Of a DNA stretch of 64,000 nucleotides, positions 37,076-50,859 are shown piece by piece. Position numbers and translations under genes: made by a program. The notes beneath the pieces were generated by a model. That model worked only from the letters and a program-made list of their open reading frames with translations, searched no databases and had not been told where the DNA came from. Source of the DNA: Octopus vulgaris (Eukaryota); contig OX597820.1 of assembly GCA_951406725.2 (NCBI GenBank), forward strand, positions 96,410,001 to 96,474,000, written 5' to 3'. Within the stretch, counting starts at the first letter, position 1, and the number at the start of each line of letters is the position of its first letter.

Positions 37076-37315
37076 TTTTACCTCATGCATTTCTTGTTTC
37101 TATTCTAAATAATATATTGAAATGTTCCTTGTCAACGTGTATTTATTGTGTTGTATGTATTTATTAAGTTGTTGTAAATCATAACTTTAGGATGATTATC
37201 TAAATTTTGCTTCTTATATATATTTTCTAACCCTAGAATATTCTTAAATATTGAACCCGGAAAAGTACAGAACAAGCAGTAATTAAACACGGAAAAGTAC
37301 AGATCAAGAAGAAAA

Positions 37316-37978
37316 AAACTTGAAATATTGCTGCTGAAGTTAGAATTTAAAAACTAAACTTGTAATATATCCGCTTTTATATTTTATATTTTTACTTAAA
37401 AGTTTGAATTGAAATATTGAAGAAGCTGTTTATTTTTCAGTTTTAGAGAAAATACTAATTTCCTACAAATTAACACATTCAAAATTTGATATTACAAGTT
37501 TATATATTTAAGAAATCACATAAAAGCAATTTAGGTAAAATTGACAACTATAACCTCTATGATTTTTTTTTTTAAAAGGTAAAAAGTCATTTCTATATTT
37601 TGCGCTCAATTTGTTCATCAGCTCATTTTTTAAATATGTTTCTAACTGTAAATAGAAAATATTTAGCTTCTTTGAAAAAGTTTTTTTACTATCTTTTACT
37701 CTTTTGAATTACATATATTCTACATGAGTTCAATCTTATAACATAATATCTGATTTGGGATAATCAGTTTTGTTAAGAAAATAGGATTAAAAAAATAAGA
37801 CTGAAATGTTTTAACTTAATACGAAGAAATTTTTAAATCAAAAATAGCAGCTTAAATTTTAAAAGTTGAAATAAAAAAACAAGATATATGAAAAGCAAAA
37901 CGGTGCGCACACTATTTGATGAACAATTTTAGAAATTTATTTTGCATTTTCTAACTTCAGCAACAGTATTTTAAGATT
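37316..37978. mobile_element. Possible AT-rich MITE or foldback remnant
   Basis: Imperfect inverted repeat aacttgaaatattgctgctgaagttagaa versus ttctaacttcagcaacagtattttaagatt. Confidence 0.4.
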
Positions 37979-38825
37979 ATTTTAAGCATTTTACTACGCT
38001 CTTTCATCTGAAGTAATTATCGAACACAGAATACTTGACAAAACAGCTGAGATTATTGACTAAATAGCCTTATAAAACGGAATGAAACTTGATAGTGAGC
38101 CGCTAGAGTATCGAATCCCATAACTCTCAAACTCCGGTTATGCGCTGTATATCAATAAGTTAAGTGATCCATGACATCAGATACCGTCTTTTATAACGCT
38201 AAATATCTTAAAATGCCAAAAACACTTTAATTTGTTAAAATGGTCACCTCTTTTTTCGTCATTTAAAGCCACACCGCTTTTTCATTTTTTTTAGCTAATA
38301 TTTTTGGACTTGGTTTTCATCATGAGATTCTTCTCATAAAGCTTTTTCATTTTAACACAATTATTATATAGTTTTCTTTTACAATCGCTGAGATATTTTA
38401 ATTCCCAGTCAATTTTCGGGGTTACTTATCGTTTTTTCGTCACTTAGAATCACACTACTTTTTTCGTAGTTAAAACGTTTCAACGAGGTTTTCACCAAAA
38501 GATTACTCTCAGTGAGCACATTCTTTAAAACCCAATAAATCTAGACTTTTTTTTTTAAAGTAACAGATATTTTGATTCAAAATCAATTTTTAACCTTACT
38601 CTCCAATTTTTTAGGCCTCACATATTTTGATCTAACTTTTTCTGTAATGAACTAAATTTCAATTATTTTATCTCAAAATGTAGCTTATGACTGGACTATC
38701 CTTGATATAAAAAAGCCGCATTCTATTTGACTAAGAACTGAATTAGTGAAGAAGCCTAGAAATGATCGCGAGTAACTAAAAGTTAACCATAACTATATAT
38801 TCAGCATGTCCACTACCGTGGTGAA

Positions 38826-38882
<57 letters not shown>

Positions 38883-39068
38883 ATATATATATATGATCTA
38901 GTTTCACTTATGGGGCGGTTATCTCCTCTGTCGGTATATAGAAATGTGCTTGTTTGCCGTTCTAAGGGTTTTAACTCTTATTTCTAGCAACATCCAGCAC
39001 CGTCAATCACTGTCAGTGATGATTGAATTTTTCCTTTTTGGCTTTATATTGCGATTAGCTGTCTACAT

Positions 39069-39116
<48 letters not shown>

Positions 39117-39730
39117 GTAGTATGCGTGCGTATGTCAGTATATTTCTTAGGGAGCTCTAAAGCTCGGCTAATGTATTTGTCTGCATTGTTTTTGACCATA
39201 TCTAAAGTATCTACGCTTATCGGGATTGATTGTTTGTTTTTGTTTTGTTTTGTCTTTTTGCTGGATTTTTGCTTTTCTTTTTTTTTTTTTCTCTTTTTCT
39301 TTTTTTTGCTTTGTTTTTCTTCAGGCTTCATATTCGGCTTGTGTCTATTTTCAAATCTTTGTATCTCCATTTCTTTTCTTTTCAGTTAAGAAGCAGTTAT
39401 TTTTCTTGATTATCCTTGACAATAATATTTGTTCGATTTACCGTGATGTCTGTCTGCGTTGATTACCATATATCAGATATTGTTGCATTGCCACTTTCTG
39501 AAGCTTTTTTTTGAGTATCTTTATACCACCTCGTTTCTGCTGACATTCCATAGTGCTGGCACAACTTCCAGTTTATGTATGTATGTATGTATTTATGTAT
39601 GTATCATCATCATCAGTTTAAACAATCTTTTACACTTCTTGCAGTGATGCTAAGCCAGAGGTCAATCTCAAATATATTTCAGTTCATTTACTACTACTAC
39701 TACTACTATCATCATCATCATCACTATTAT

Positions 39731-40226
39731 AAGGCAGTTTTCCTTTACCTGGTGGTTGTGGCGAAAGAGGCTGAAAGGCATGAGGACAGATACGTCCCTC
39801 TTTGGTAGAACTCTCATTGACTTCTTCAAGCTTCGCTTGAAAAGAAAATTAAGAGCGGAGAGAGAAGTGCTGTCCTCGAGTAAGCTTATTGAAAGGCGGG
39901 TGAACGTTGCGAAAATGGCAAGACTGGATAGTATCTCTTTAAGTGTAGATCTGTGAGTCGGAGAGAAGGAATTGGAGAGGGCACTTGCTCCTGGAGTTTC
40001 CGGGAAATCTCGGACAGTGGTGTTCCTGGATTATCCTTAAAGGCCTTCCTATATCAGGAGGGCCACATCTCTATCAAACCCGCCACTTTTTTTAAAACCT
40101 TTGTATACTGTGTATACTCACTTTTTTTTACCGTTTCATTATATGTGAACCCCAACACACAAACACCTTATGTCCGTCTTTGTACTGTACCCCTCATCTT
40201 TCGCCCATGTGGCAAATAAATGAAAT
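39731..40226 (+). mobile_element. L1/Tx1-like LINE 3' end related to 33945-34557
   Basis: AVFLYLVVVAKE...LFGRTLIDFFKLRLKRKLRAEREVLSS; AATAAA followed by (ATT)n. Confidence 0.75.
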
Positions 40227-40963
<737 letters not shown>

Positions 40964-41118
40964 GCGTATACATGAAACCTCATAGAACCACATACGCATA
41001 AATCCACAGATAAATATACATTCGTGTAGCCAACACTAAAATAAATATTGACACCGATTGCAGAAACCCTTATCTCAACTCAATGCAATCGCATGCTTGT
41101 ATGTTCCTATATACATGA

Positions 41119-41176
<58 letters not shown>

Positions 41177-41909
41177 ATATATGATAGCGTAGATGCGTTT
41201 AACTTTGTGAGTATGTGTGCGTATATGTGTATGTGTATGTGCAAAGTTGTATGACGATTGATTTATGATTTATAGTATTTATACGTTATGACTCAGATAA
41301 CTCTAAGTATTAAATCTTCCTTCCGTTCACTTGCCTCGGAAAACTTCCCTTTCGAACATTAGTAGTAGCATTCAAATGAACATTTTATCTCTGTAAACTA
41401 ATAAGATGCAACGAGTTTATTTCTACAAGCTAAACATGATTTTCTCGGCATCTCTTTTATTTATCTTTCACGGATTTCTATGTTTCTCTCGGCTAAAAAA
41501 CCTCTCTGCATCGTACTTAAGTCCATAACAGCCAGCTATCATTTGCGCAGATCTTTTACGTTGCTTTCCGAAGCAATGTTATATTAAACAAAACTTACAG
41601 TATGGCTGCTATATGTCTACTGATTAAATGCTTCGATCAAAATTCTTCCATCCAAAAATTTTCATCAAGAACTAGATTTATAGTAAACGATTCAATAATA
41701 TAGCAAATACTAAACAATGGCTTTTTCTAGAATAGTTACTGGAAATAAATATAAGAACGAGAAAGAGAAAAGAGGGAGGGAAAGAGAGAGAGAGAGAGAG
41801 TGTGTGTGTGAGAGTGCGGGAGAGAGAGACAGTGTGTGAGTGTATGTGTGTGTGCGTGTGTGTGCACGTGTGTGTGCACGTGTGTCTGTATGTGTTTGTT
41901 TGGGAGGTT

Positions 41910-42095
41910 GAGAAGAAGAAGAAGAAGAAGAAGAAGAAGAAGAAGAGGAGGAGGAGGAGGAGGAGGAGAAAGAGAAGGGGGAGGAGGAGGAGGAGGAGGA
42001 GGAGGGGGAAGAAGAGGAGGAGGAAGACAAAGAAGAAGAAGAAGAAGAAGAAGAAGAAGAAGAAGAAGAAGAAGAAGAAGAAGAAGAAGAAGAAG
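41910..42095. repeat. (GAA/GGA)n polypurine tract
   Basis: Direct reading. Confidence 0.95.
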
Positions 42096-42284
42096 AGATT
42101 TTTATATAAAGCTTGAGAAGTTCAGCTCGTTAATGATGTGGTATAAAGCCAGCTATCATTTCTCCGGTCTTTTATGTTGCTTCCAAAGATGAGTTATATC
42201 ATGTAAAACTTATGAGATACGCCTACTGATTTGATATTTCCGATCAGAATTCTTCTTTTCAGAAGTTTTGTACAAAAGTTCCAA

Positions 42285-42453
42285 GCATGGCTATGTAGCA
42301 AAAAGTTTGCTTCTCAAATACACGGTTGTGGGTTCAGTCTCACTCCGTAGCACATTGAGCAAATGTTTTCAACTATAGCCCAGGGACGATCAAAGCATTG
42401 TGAGTGGATTTCATAAACTGAAACTGAAACTGAAACTGAAAGAAGCCCGTCGT
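42285..42453 (+). mobile_element. SINE family A 5' part (other degenerate copies at ~44688-44960 minus, ~46847-47400 minus, 61436-61866 plus)
   Basis: gggttcagtctcact...gtgagtggattt...aactgaaagaagcccgtcgt. Confidence 0.75.
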
Positions 42454-42519
42454 GTGTGTGTATGTGGGTGTATGTGGGTGGGTGTGTACATATATATAGA
42501 GAGAGATAGATAGCTAGAT

Positions 42520-42619
<100 letters not shown>

Positions 42620-42826
42620 TATATATTATATATATATATATATATGTAAATACTACTGGATGTCACTCATAAGGTATTGGAATCTTATATATATACCATT
42701 CTGCCTAAAAAATGGATCTACAACTTCAATATCCCTACATATCTCACATCTATTTTCTTTCCTCCACGTCACTCTCTATTCTGTATCCTATCTAAATTAA
42801 GTATTACTTAACCATCCTCTCCCACC

Positions 42827-42878
42827 GTCTCCGATGAAGGGATATAACTAATAAATATCCTGGAAACAGCTGTAAGAC
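42827..42878 (+). ncRNA. Type I hammerhead motif (U4C variant)
   Basis: GTCT-CCGATGA-A-GGGATAT[AACTAATAA]ATATCCT-G-GAAAC-AGCT-GTA-AGAC; palindrome ACAGCTGT; in a ~300-bp unit between (TA)n runs. Confidence 0.75.
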
Positions 42879-42944
42879 CTTCTATCTATAAATGTTCTAT
42901 CTACATAGCCTTGGTTTTTTTTATCTCATTACGCAAAAAATTCT

Positions 42945-42990
<46 letters not shown>

Positions 42991-43095
42991 TGTATGTATG
43001 TATGTATATATATAGTGATAATAATAATCCATTGATGGAAATCATAAATAATCTAATGCATTACTACGCGTGTTTCCACAAATCATATGCTTCTT

Positions 43096-44284
43096 ATGAT
43101 CATAGTCCGCATTCCTGGGATGATTACAGAGCAATCCGTAATATCCATGGACATCAGGTAGATATTAGTTCACGCTTTCATATCATCAGGCGATATGGCA
43201 TTAAAGTTGGAAACAACGAATGTATGACTGAAGGATAATACCCTGGGTGACAAAAACAAAGCCAAATTTGTGCAGCTAGACATATCGAAATACTACCAAT
43301 CACTAAAACCAAGCTCTATTATTCGCAAAAAGTAACTCCAACCCCACTAGAGATGAACTAGTTATAATTTTAGCGGCTTTGGACTCGTTCAGATAGGGAA
43401 GATGCATTCAACATAACAATGGGATCTAGCGACTCAACACAAGTAACGGATATAGTAGGAATATAGAATCTAGGTTCCCGAACTTAGTGGGTAGGGGATT
43501 ATATAGAGATGACGCATTATTTACAGTACACAGAAGTAGTAACGTAAGAATATAAAGATGTAAGAAAAATCTTATTAAATTCTTTAAAAACTGGAAATAG
43601 AAATAGAAAAAATCATAGAGTTGTAAAATTCCTGGATGTAGAGCTTAGCCTCAACGATGGAAAGTTCGAACCGTTCCATAAGCAAAATGAAAACTTAAAA
43701 TGAAAGTCACGGACTCACGTATTTTCAATTCACAAATAAAATCTAAAATAGGTCGGGAATTCTTCTCAGCGTTAAACAAGCACTTCTCTAAATCTAGCAA
43801 ATACCACAAAATCCTCAACATACATAATGTGAAATTAGCATTTATGACATCGCATAATCTAGAATACACAAATTAAACAACATAAAACTCAATAAGATAA
43901 AACTAGAGGGGGCTTACGGAAAAACTCTAGATCAAAACAAAATACTTCTTTATTGAGGCAGTATCTACTGTGAGTAAGGTCAAACCAATGAACTATACTA
44001 CCTATCCCAACGTGTGCACACATAAATATCAAAACAAGTATAGCCTCACCACACACTTCTCTCGTTTACTATTACCATTCCTTTCTTCCCTACCAAATAC
44101 AAACAGAACTGCCCACATATTCCAATGAACCTTTTGATTGGTAAAAACTGATTAATATCTTTTGTTACTTCCAACTTTAATGCCATATCATCAGATGAAA
44201 TAAATGCATGAACTAAGATTCACATGATGTCCATGAATATTACGGATTGTACTCTAATCCTCCTAGGAATATGGGCTATGATCG
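43096..44284 (+). mobile_element. Penelope-like RT remnant flanked by ~120-bp diverged inverted repeats
   Basis: FNITMGSSDSTQVTDIVG...GLYRDDAL...VVKFLDVELSLNDGKFEPFHKQN...IGREFFSALNKHFSKSSKYHKILNIHNVKL (43375-43870); inverted repeats at 43096-43216 and 44163-44284. Confidence 0.85.
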
Positions 44285-44688
44285 TCCACCAAAATTCACT
44301 GTCCGCCACCAAGTTCACATGTCACACTGAAGGAAAACCCATGCACTCAAGCTGAAAACACATGTTTGCGAAGCGAAGTTCTAATCACTGAGCCATACAT
44401 TAAGACTAACATACAACTCATCAAAACTAACGTGATTTGTTTCTATCTCTTGCAGTAATACGTAAACGTTTTGCTTCACGCTTTTGACTGGCTTCATTTC
44501 TTCTTGTATTTCGTTTTGTAATTTTTCAATTCTTCTTTTTTTACACCGAGCTTTGCTTCTTTTCCTTCTTATGTCTTTTGTTGCTTCTTGTAGCATATTT
44601 CTCCTCTGCAATTCCCATCAAGCATTGGCTTCGTCTTGCGATAATCTTCATTTCCTTTACTGCAGTTCTTGATTTCACTGTCTTTTGA
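44283..44688. repeat. ~400-bp direct duplication, partner at 47284-47688
   Basis: Colinear, high identity by eye from cgtccacc to cactgtcttttga. Confidence 0.92.
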
Positions 44689-44984
44689 GACTGTGGCCAT
44701 GCTAGGGCACCAATCTGAAAGGTTTTAATCGAACGAATCGATCTCAGTACTAATTTTTCTTTTTCTAGCCCGGTACTTATTCTCTCTGTCTCTTATGCTG
44801 AACCGCTAAGTCGTGGAGACGCAAACAAACCAATACCAGTTATCAGTAGGTAAGTGACAAACACAAGCACAGACATACACGCACAACACACGCACACATA
44901 CACACACACACACACAAACACGCACATGCGCGCACACATATCCTTTAAGTTCGTTTACGGGAAACGTATTTTAGGATAGATATC

Positions 44985-45053
<69 letters not shown>

Positions 45054-45056
<3 letters not shown>

Positions 45057-46489
45057 GTTACGGCAAAACGATCAGCCACCTTTTATATATGGATGACCTA
45101 AAACTATACGCTGCAAATGACAAACAGCTGGAAACACTATTAAAGACAGTTCATGGATTTACCAAAGAAATAGATATGAAATTTGGATTAGAAAAATGCG
45201 CCAAAGTAACCATGAAAAGAGGAAAACTAGTTAAGAGTAACAACATCACACTAGATAAAACCAATGAAATAAAAGAATTAGACCAAAGCCAAACTTACAA
45301 ATACTTAGGAATCCATGAACTAGATAAGACACAACACACACAAATGAAAGAGAAAATAAAAAAAGAATATTATAGACGAATTAGATCAATACTAAAAACA
45401 GAGCTCAATGCTAAAAACAAGATAATAGGTATCAACACTTTAGCTGTCCCAGTTATAAGTTACAGCTACAATATCCTTAACTGGACACGAAATGAACTGT
45501 CCAAAATAGATAGGAAAACAAGAAAAATAATGACAGGATCTAGGATGCATCACCCAAAATCTGACATAGAAATACTATATATACAACGTATAGAAGGTGG
45601 TAGAGGCCTTATACATCTGGAAAACTACTATAAAATAACCACCATAGGACTGCAAAAATATCTACTTCAGAAGGAAGGAAAACTGATCCAGCGGCAAAAC
45701 ACGAGCAACACAAAAAACTGTTCTCAGTATTTAAGGAAGCTGACAAATACAAACAATAAATCATACCACCTAATAAACATGAAGAAGAAGAAGAAGAAGA
45801 AGAAGAAGAAGAAGAAGAAGAAGAAGAAGAAGAAGAAGAAGAAGAAGAAGAAGAAGAAGAAACAACAAAAGCTATAAAACAAATGAAATCCAAACTAAAA
45901 ATAGAACAGCAACGAACCATGATAAAACGATGGCAAGAAAAGCCCCTTCATGGTAAATACTGGACTAAACTAAACGCAAAAGAAATAGACAAAGAAAAAT
46001 CCCAGCAATGGTTGAGAAGCTCAGGACTCAAAGCAGAAACAGAGGGATTTTTAATTGCAGCACAAGACCAAAGCCTCCCCACCAAAAATTACCAAAAACA
46101 TGTAATGAAAAGAAATATTACAAGTAACTGCAGAATATGTGGAGATGGACAAGAAACAAAAAATCATATTATCTCTAGCTGCCCAGTCCTGGCTAAGAAG
46201 GAATATATTCACAGACATGACAGAGTTGGAACCTACATACATTGGAAGCTATGCCAACATTATGGAATAACAACAGAAAAAAGATGGTATAGGCACACAC
46301 CAGAAAAGGTCACAGAAAACGAGAAAGCAACCATACAGAAAATTGCACTACTAGGCACTGCACACATCCTACGCAGAACACTTTCCATACAATAACCATC
46401 AGAGCATCACAACAAATCACAGCACATACCCAAGGCACACAGAGCTGCGCTCGGTAGTGAAGTGAAAGCACGCTATAAAAATAAAGCTA

Positions 46490-46493
<4 letters not shown>
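45054..46493 (+). mobile_element. 5'-truncated R4/Dong non-LTR retrotransposon inserted in (TAA)n
   Basis: ISHLLYMDDLKLY, FGLEKCA, YKYLG, HPKSD...GGRGL, AAQDQSL, CRIC...H...C zinc knuckle, RHD; (TAA)n at 44986-45053 and 46494-46555; frameshift near 45690; most of the restriction-like endonuclease deleted at ~46333. Confidence 0.92.
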
Positions 46494-46556
<63 letters not shown>

Positions 46557-46944
46557 GATGGAATTCCTAAATATGTTAATCCATCACTACGCGCCTTTCA
46601 GATTGGTGCCCTAGCATGGCCACAGTCTAATGAAACAATTAAAAATTAATTACAATAAACGATTCAAAATATAACTACCAAAGGTCAGTGCCTTTTCAGC
46701 AGCATTATAAATTCCAAGACAAATGACTGTACTGGGTCCTTATAATGCTTATTTTTTTTATTTAAAACTTTTGCACAAGGTCAACAATTTGGCGGGGAGG
46801 GGACAAGATGATTAAGCATCAGTGCTCATCTGATATTTATTTTATCGCAGTCACTGAGCTGCGGCCATGCTGCTGTAATGACTTAAAAGATTTGGCCGAT
46901 CAGATCAATTCCAATACTCATTTTTGACCGCGCGTGTGTGTGTG

Positions 46945-47019
<75 letters not shown>

Positions 47020-47410
47020 TATCTGTCTGTCAGTCTCTCTGGTATTTATTCAATCGATTCCCTATGCTGAACTACTAAGTTTACGGAAACGCAAACAAAC
47101 CATCACTAGATGTTAAGCGGCGGATGGGTGACAAGCACAGAGACACACATACAGGCATATATAGAATTAAGCAGATAGACAAAGACAGAGAGAGAGAGAG
47201 AGAGGGACAGACAGAGACAGACAGACAGACCGATAGGCAAACTGACAGACAGAGACGACGACGACAGATTCTTACTTAGTTTCCGTCCACCAAATTCACT
47301 GTCCGCCACCAAGTTCACATGTCACACTGAAGAAAAAGACATGCACTCAAGCCGAAAACACGTGTTTGCGAAGCGAAGTTCTAACCACTGAGCTATACAT
47401 TAAGACTAAC

Positions 47411-47727
47411 ATACAACTCATCAAAACTAACGTGATTTGTTTCTATCTCTTGCAGTAATACGTAAAATTCTTGCTTCGCGCTTTTGACTGGCTTCATTTC
47501 TTCTTGTATTTCGTTTTGTAATTTTTCAATCCTTTTTTTTTTACGCCGAGCTTTGCTTCTTTTCCTTTTTATGTCTTTTGTTGCTTCTTGTAGCATATTT
47601 CTCCTCTTCAATTCACATCAAGCATTGGCTTCGTCTTGCGATAATCTTCATTTCCTTTGCTGCAGTTCTTGATTTCACTGTCTTTTGAAAAGTAGCCTCT
47701 TCACTACTTTACTCTGCTTTGCTCTCG
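47411..47727 (-). pseudogene. Possible decayed coiled-coil exon
   Basis: Acceptor-like ttgtttttcag, donor-like gttagt or gtatgt; a 105-codon K/E/Q/R-rich frame with three TGA stops; no recognisable family. Confidence 0.35.
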
Positions 47728-47785
47728 CTGAAAAACAAGCTTCATTATTCTATCTCTCTCTCTCTCATCCACTCTCTCTCATCCA

Positions 47786-47841
<56 letters not shown>

Positions 47842-47845
<4 letters not shown>

Positions 47846-49111
47846 CATGCCGGAAGTAAATAGACACTAATAATTTTCAAAATTTCTGATCTAAGCGTTT
47901 TAATATGTTTTCAGCAGTGTAGAAGTTACAATGTAATTATTCTTTTTCATTCCAGGTGCCATTATATTAAGCATTTGTGAAGAATAACCATGCCACGCAT
48001 ATAAAATTCAGCAGAACTGCCAGATTTTCAAAGAGGTCCTGTTGTTGGACAATCTGAGGCTAGTCTTAGCCAGCGAAAAATTGCCGAAAACCTTCAGATT
48101 CCTCTTGCTACTGTTAATAGACTTATAGTGCAATTCAAAAACCAAGATAAAGAATCTACAGATTCTCGTCCCGGTCGACTTGGGCTCTCGGAAAGGAAGC
48201 TTTGCTGTTTGAAGAGAATTGTAAAAAAATGAACCCCGTTCGAAGGCTTCTGACATTGCAAAACAGCTAGAAGTTAGTCCAAGAACATGGGTTACATATC
48301 TGCATAAGCTTGGATATTATGGACGAGTACCTAGAAGAAAACCTCTCCTTCAACCAATTAATATCATGAAAAGAAAGAAATGGGCTAAGGAGATGTCAGA
48401 AAAATCCAGTTCATTTTGGGATAGAATGATTTTCTCAGATGAATCTAGATTTGCATTATTTTCAGACAGTGGACGTGTTTGGATTTGGAGGCTTCCCAAT
48501 CAAGAATTTGATTTGAAACGACTCCAACCAACTGTGAAACATGGCGGTATTTCCGTAATGGTATGGGGAGCTGTTACCAGCAATGGTCGTTCTGAGCTGA
48601 TCGAATGTGTTGGAACCATAAACTCTGAAATATACATCGAAATACTTAAGCAAGGACTACTTACGATGTATTCACACGATAACATAAAGAAAAATAATTT
48701 TTTATTCATGGAAGATGAGGCTCCATGCCACACAGCGAAAAGGAATCAACAATGGTTGACTGAAAATGGGATCAAAAAGCTTCCTTAGCCGAGCCAATCT
48801 CCTGACATGAACACAATTGAAAATCTTTCGAGCATACTAGATAGAGCAATACGAAAATCCCGACAGAAACCTAAATCTAAAGATAAATTGTTTCGATTGT
48901 TGCGTGAAAAGTGGACAGAAATTCCACAAGAGACAATCACAAAGCTCATCAGTTCAATGCCAAAAAGAGTTTCTGGATTAAAAACTACAAAGGGAATGTC
49001 AACTAAATACTAAAGTATGTGGTCCTACCTAGCGATTACATTTCAATTGTTCGCTTTGCGTATTAAATAAAATATTTTGAAAATTAAAGGTGTCTATTTA
49101 CTTCCTGCATG

Positions 49112-49115
<4 letters not shown>
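47842..49115 (+). mobile_element. Full-length defective Tc1 (DD34E) transposon
   Basis: TIRs CAGACATGCCGGAAGTAAATAGACAC and GTGTCTATTTACTTCCTGCATGTCTG; flanked by (TA)n. Confidence 0.95.
47990..49013 (+). pseudogene. Tc1 transposase pseudogene
   Basis: MPR...; [22 protein letters not shown] then 34 residues to the E of NTIEN, ending STKY; two stops and a frameshift seen. Confidence 0.93.
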
Positions 49116-49166
<51 letters not shown>

Positions 49167-49284
49167 ATGATAATTTACAAAATAAGGGCAAATTTAACCT
49201 TTAAATGTAATTTTTGATATGCTGGCCATTGATAAATTTTTTTTCCCGAAAAAAAAATTATCCTACATTAGTAGGATATATATT

Positions 49285-49788
49285 ATTGTTATGGATTGGC
49301 CTGCTCCAAGCCCAGATCTTAATCCTATTGAAAATGTGTGGAATATTCTAAGAGAACGTTCGAAAGCCAGAAATCCTAAAACAACCGAGCAATTATGGAA
49401 TGCTCTTCAGGAAGAATGGAATAAGATCACCCAGCAAGAAATTGAAAATTTAATTTCCTCATGCAGTCGAAGATTTCAAAGAGTGATTGAAGCTAAAGGG
49501 CTTCACACTAAATATTAAATAATTCCAGTATTCTCTATCATTTTTGATTATTTTGTTATTTTTTCAACCGTTCTGATCATTTTGGCCGCCATGGGTTTTG
49601 CAGTAAATCACTAAATCATCCATAACTTTTGTATTATCCTCTCAAATTACACCAAAATCTCAGACAATACCAATTAATATTGTATTTATTGTCTGTGAAA
49701 ATTATAAAAAATAAAACAACTTTGATAAAAACTTATACCTACTTTTCTGACGAAAACAATGCCGTTCTGAACATTTTGGCCGCTACTT
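49285..49788 (+). mobile_element. 3' fragment of a second Tc1 with an IR/DR-type end
   Basis: MDWPAPSPDLNPIENVW...GLHTKY*; direct repeats CCGTTCTGA(T/A)CATTTTGGCCGC at 49568 and 49762. Confidence 0.88.
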
Positions 49789-50215
49789 TATATATTACAA
49801 AAGAAATGTTGCACTGTAAAAAATTATTTGTTTCGCACTCAATATTGAATTTATATGGATTTTATCACGTTTCTAGGTAATTTCACATCAGGAAGATGTC
49901 ACTGACCCACAACAACACTCTCTTTTGAAAACACAGGGATTGTATGTAGGGTTCGAACACGCTCACTTTTCGTGGACATGGTAATGCTCAGGAACGCATC
50001 TTTATGAAAAGTATGATGCACATGCAAAACGTTAACTCACTGGGTATAAAAGGCGCGTAAATTTACCAGTCTGTCATTCGCACACACACACACGCGCGCG
50101 TGCGCGCACACATTTTTGCGTTGGACGTGTTATATCGTAAGTTGCTGCTGTAAGTTAATTTAATTGTTGAATTTGCCGTTGTTTTATTTGTTACCTTACT
50201 CCATTCTAAATAAAA

Positions 50216-50252
50216 GTCTCCGACGACGGGAACGTGAAACTCTGAGTAACAG
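50216..50252 (+). ncRNA. Degenerate hammerhead-like motif
   Basis: GTCT-CCGACGA-CGGGAACGT-GAAAC-TCTGA-GTA; stems I and II poor. Confidence 0.35.
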
Positions 50253-50458
50253 GTTTTATGATATTTTTGCTGCTTTTTACAAAGTATATACACTCACTCA
50301 CACACACACACGCACACACACACTTAGGGGGCGGCAAACTCGAAGCAGATAAAGCTATGAATAATAGTGTGGAAACATTGGGGCTTGACAAGAGAAAGCT
50401 TCATCTGTTTGGAGTTACATTGTTCCAATACACAGACACACACATATAAATGTACTCA

Positions 50459-50506
<48 letters not shown>

Positions 50507-50859
50507 TACACACACATACACACATGGAGTAGATGCACTAAACCGTGATGTGTATGAATACAAACTTATTACTAGTTCAAATATGCTTGAGGCATATTTG
50601 GACTCGTAAGAATGTCATTCACTGTATTTTGTCGTAGACACGCCAAGTCAGTTCAAAGCACCCTCCAACCAGATAGCTGCATGCATTTCGGAGTGCTATA
50701 TCTCCTCTTTAGCAGCAGAACCCAGAAAGGGGTACGCTACGAAGTGGTAAGAGATAATGGATATCTCATATTATATTATATTCCCCTCATCGTACTGTGA
50801 CTTTTTACACTAATCGGTGGCTCACAGTAAATGAAATACAGGAGTACTAAGGAGTACTT

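Noticed and set aside
38790-38820. Minus-strand CACGGTAG end resembling a Transib/RSS-like terminus
   Set aside because: No matching second terminus or TSD found.
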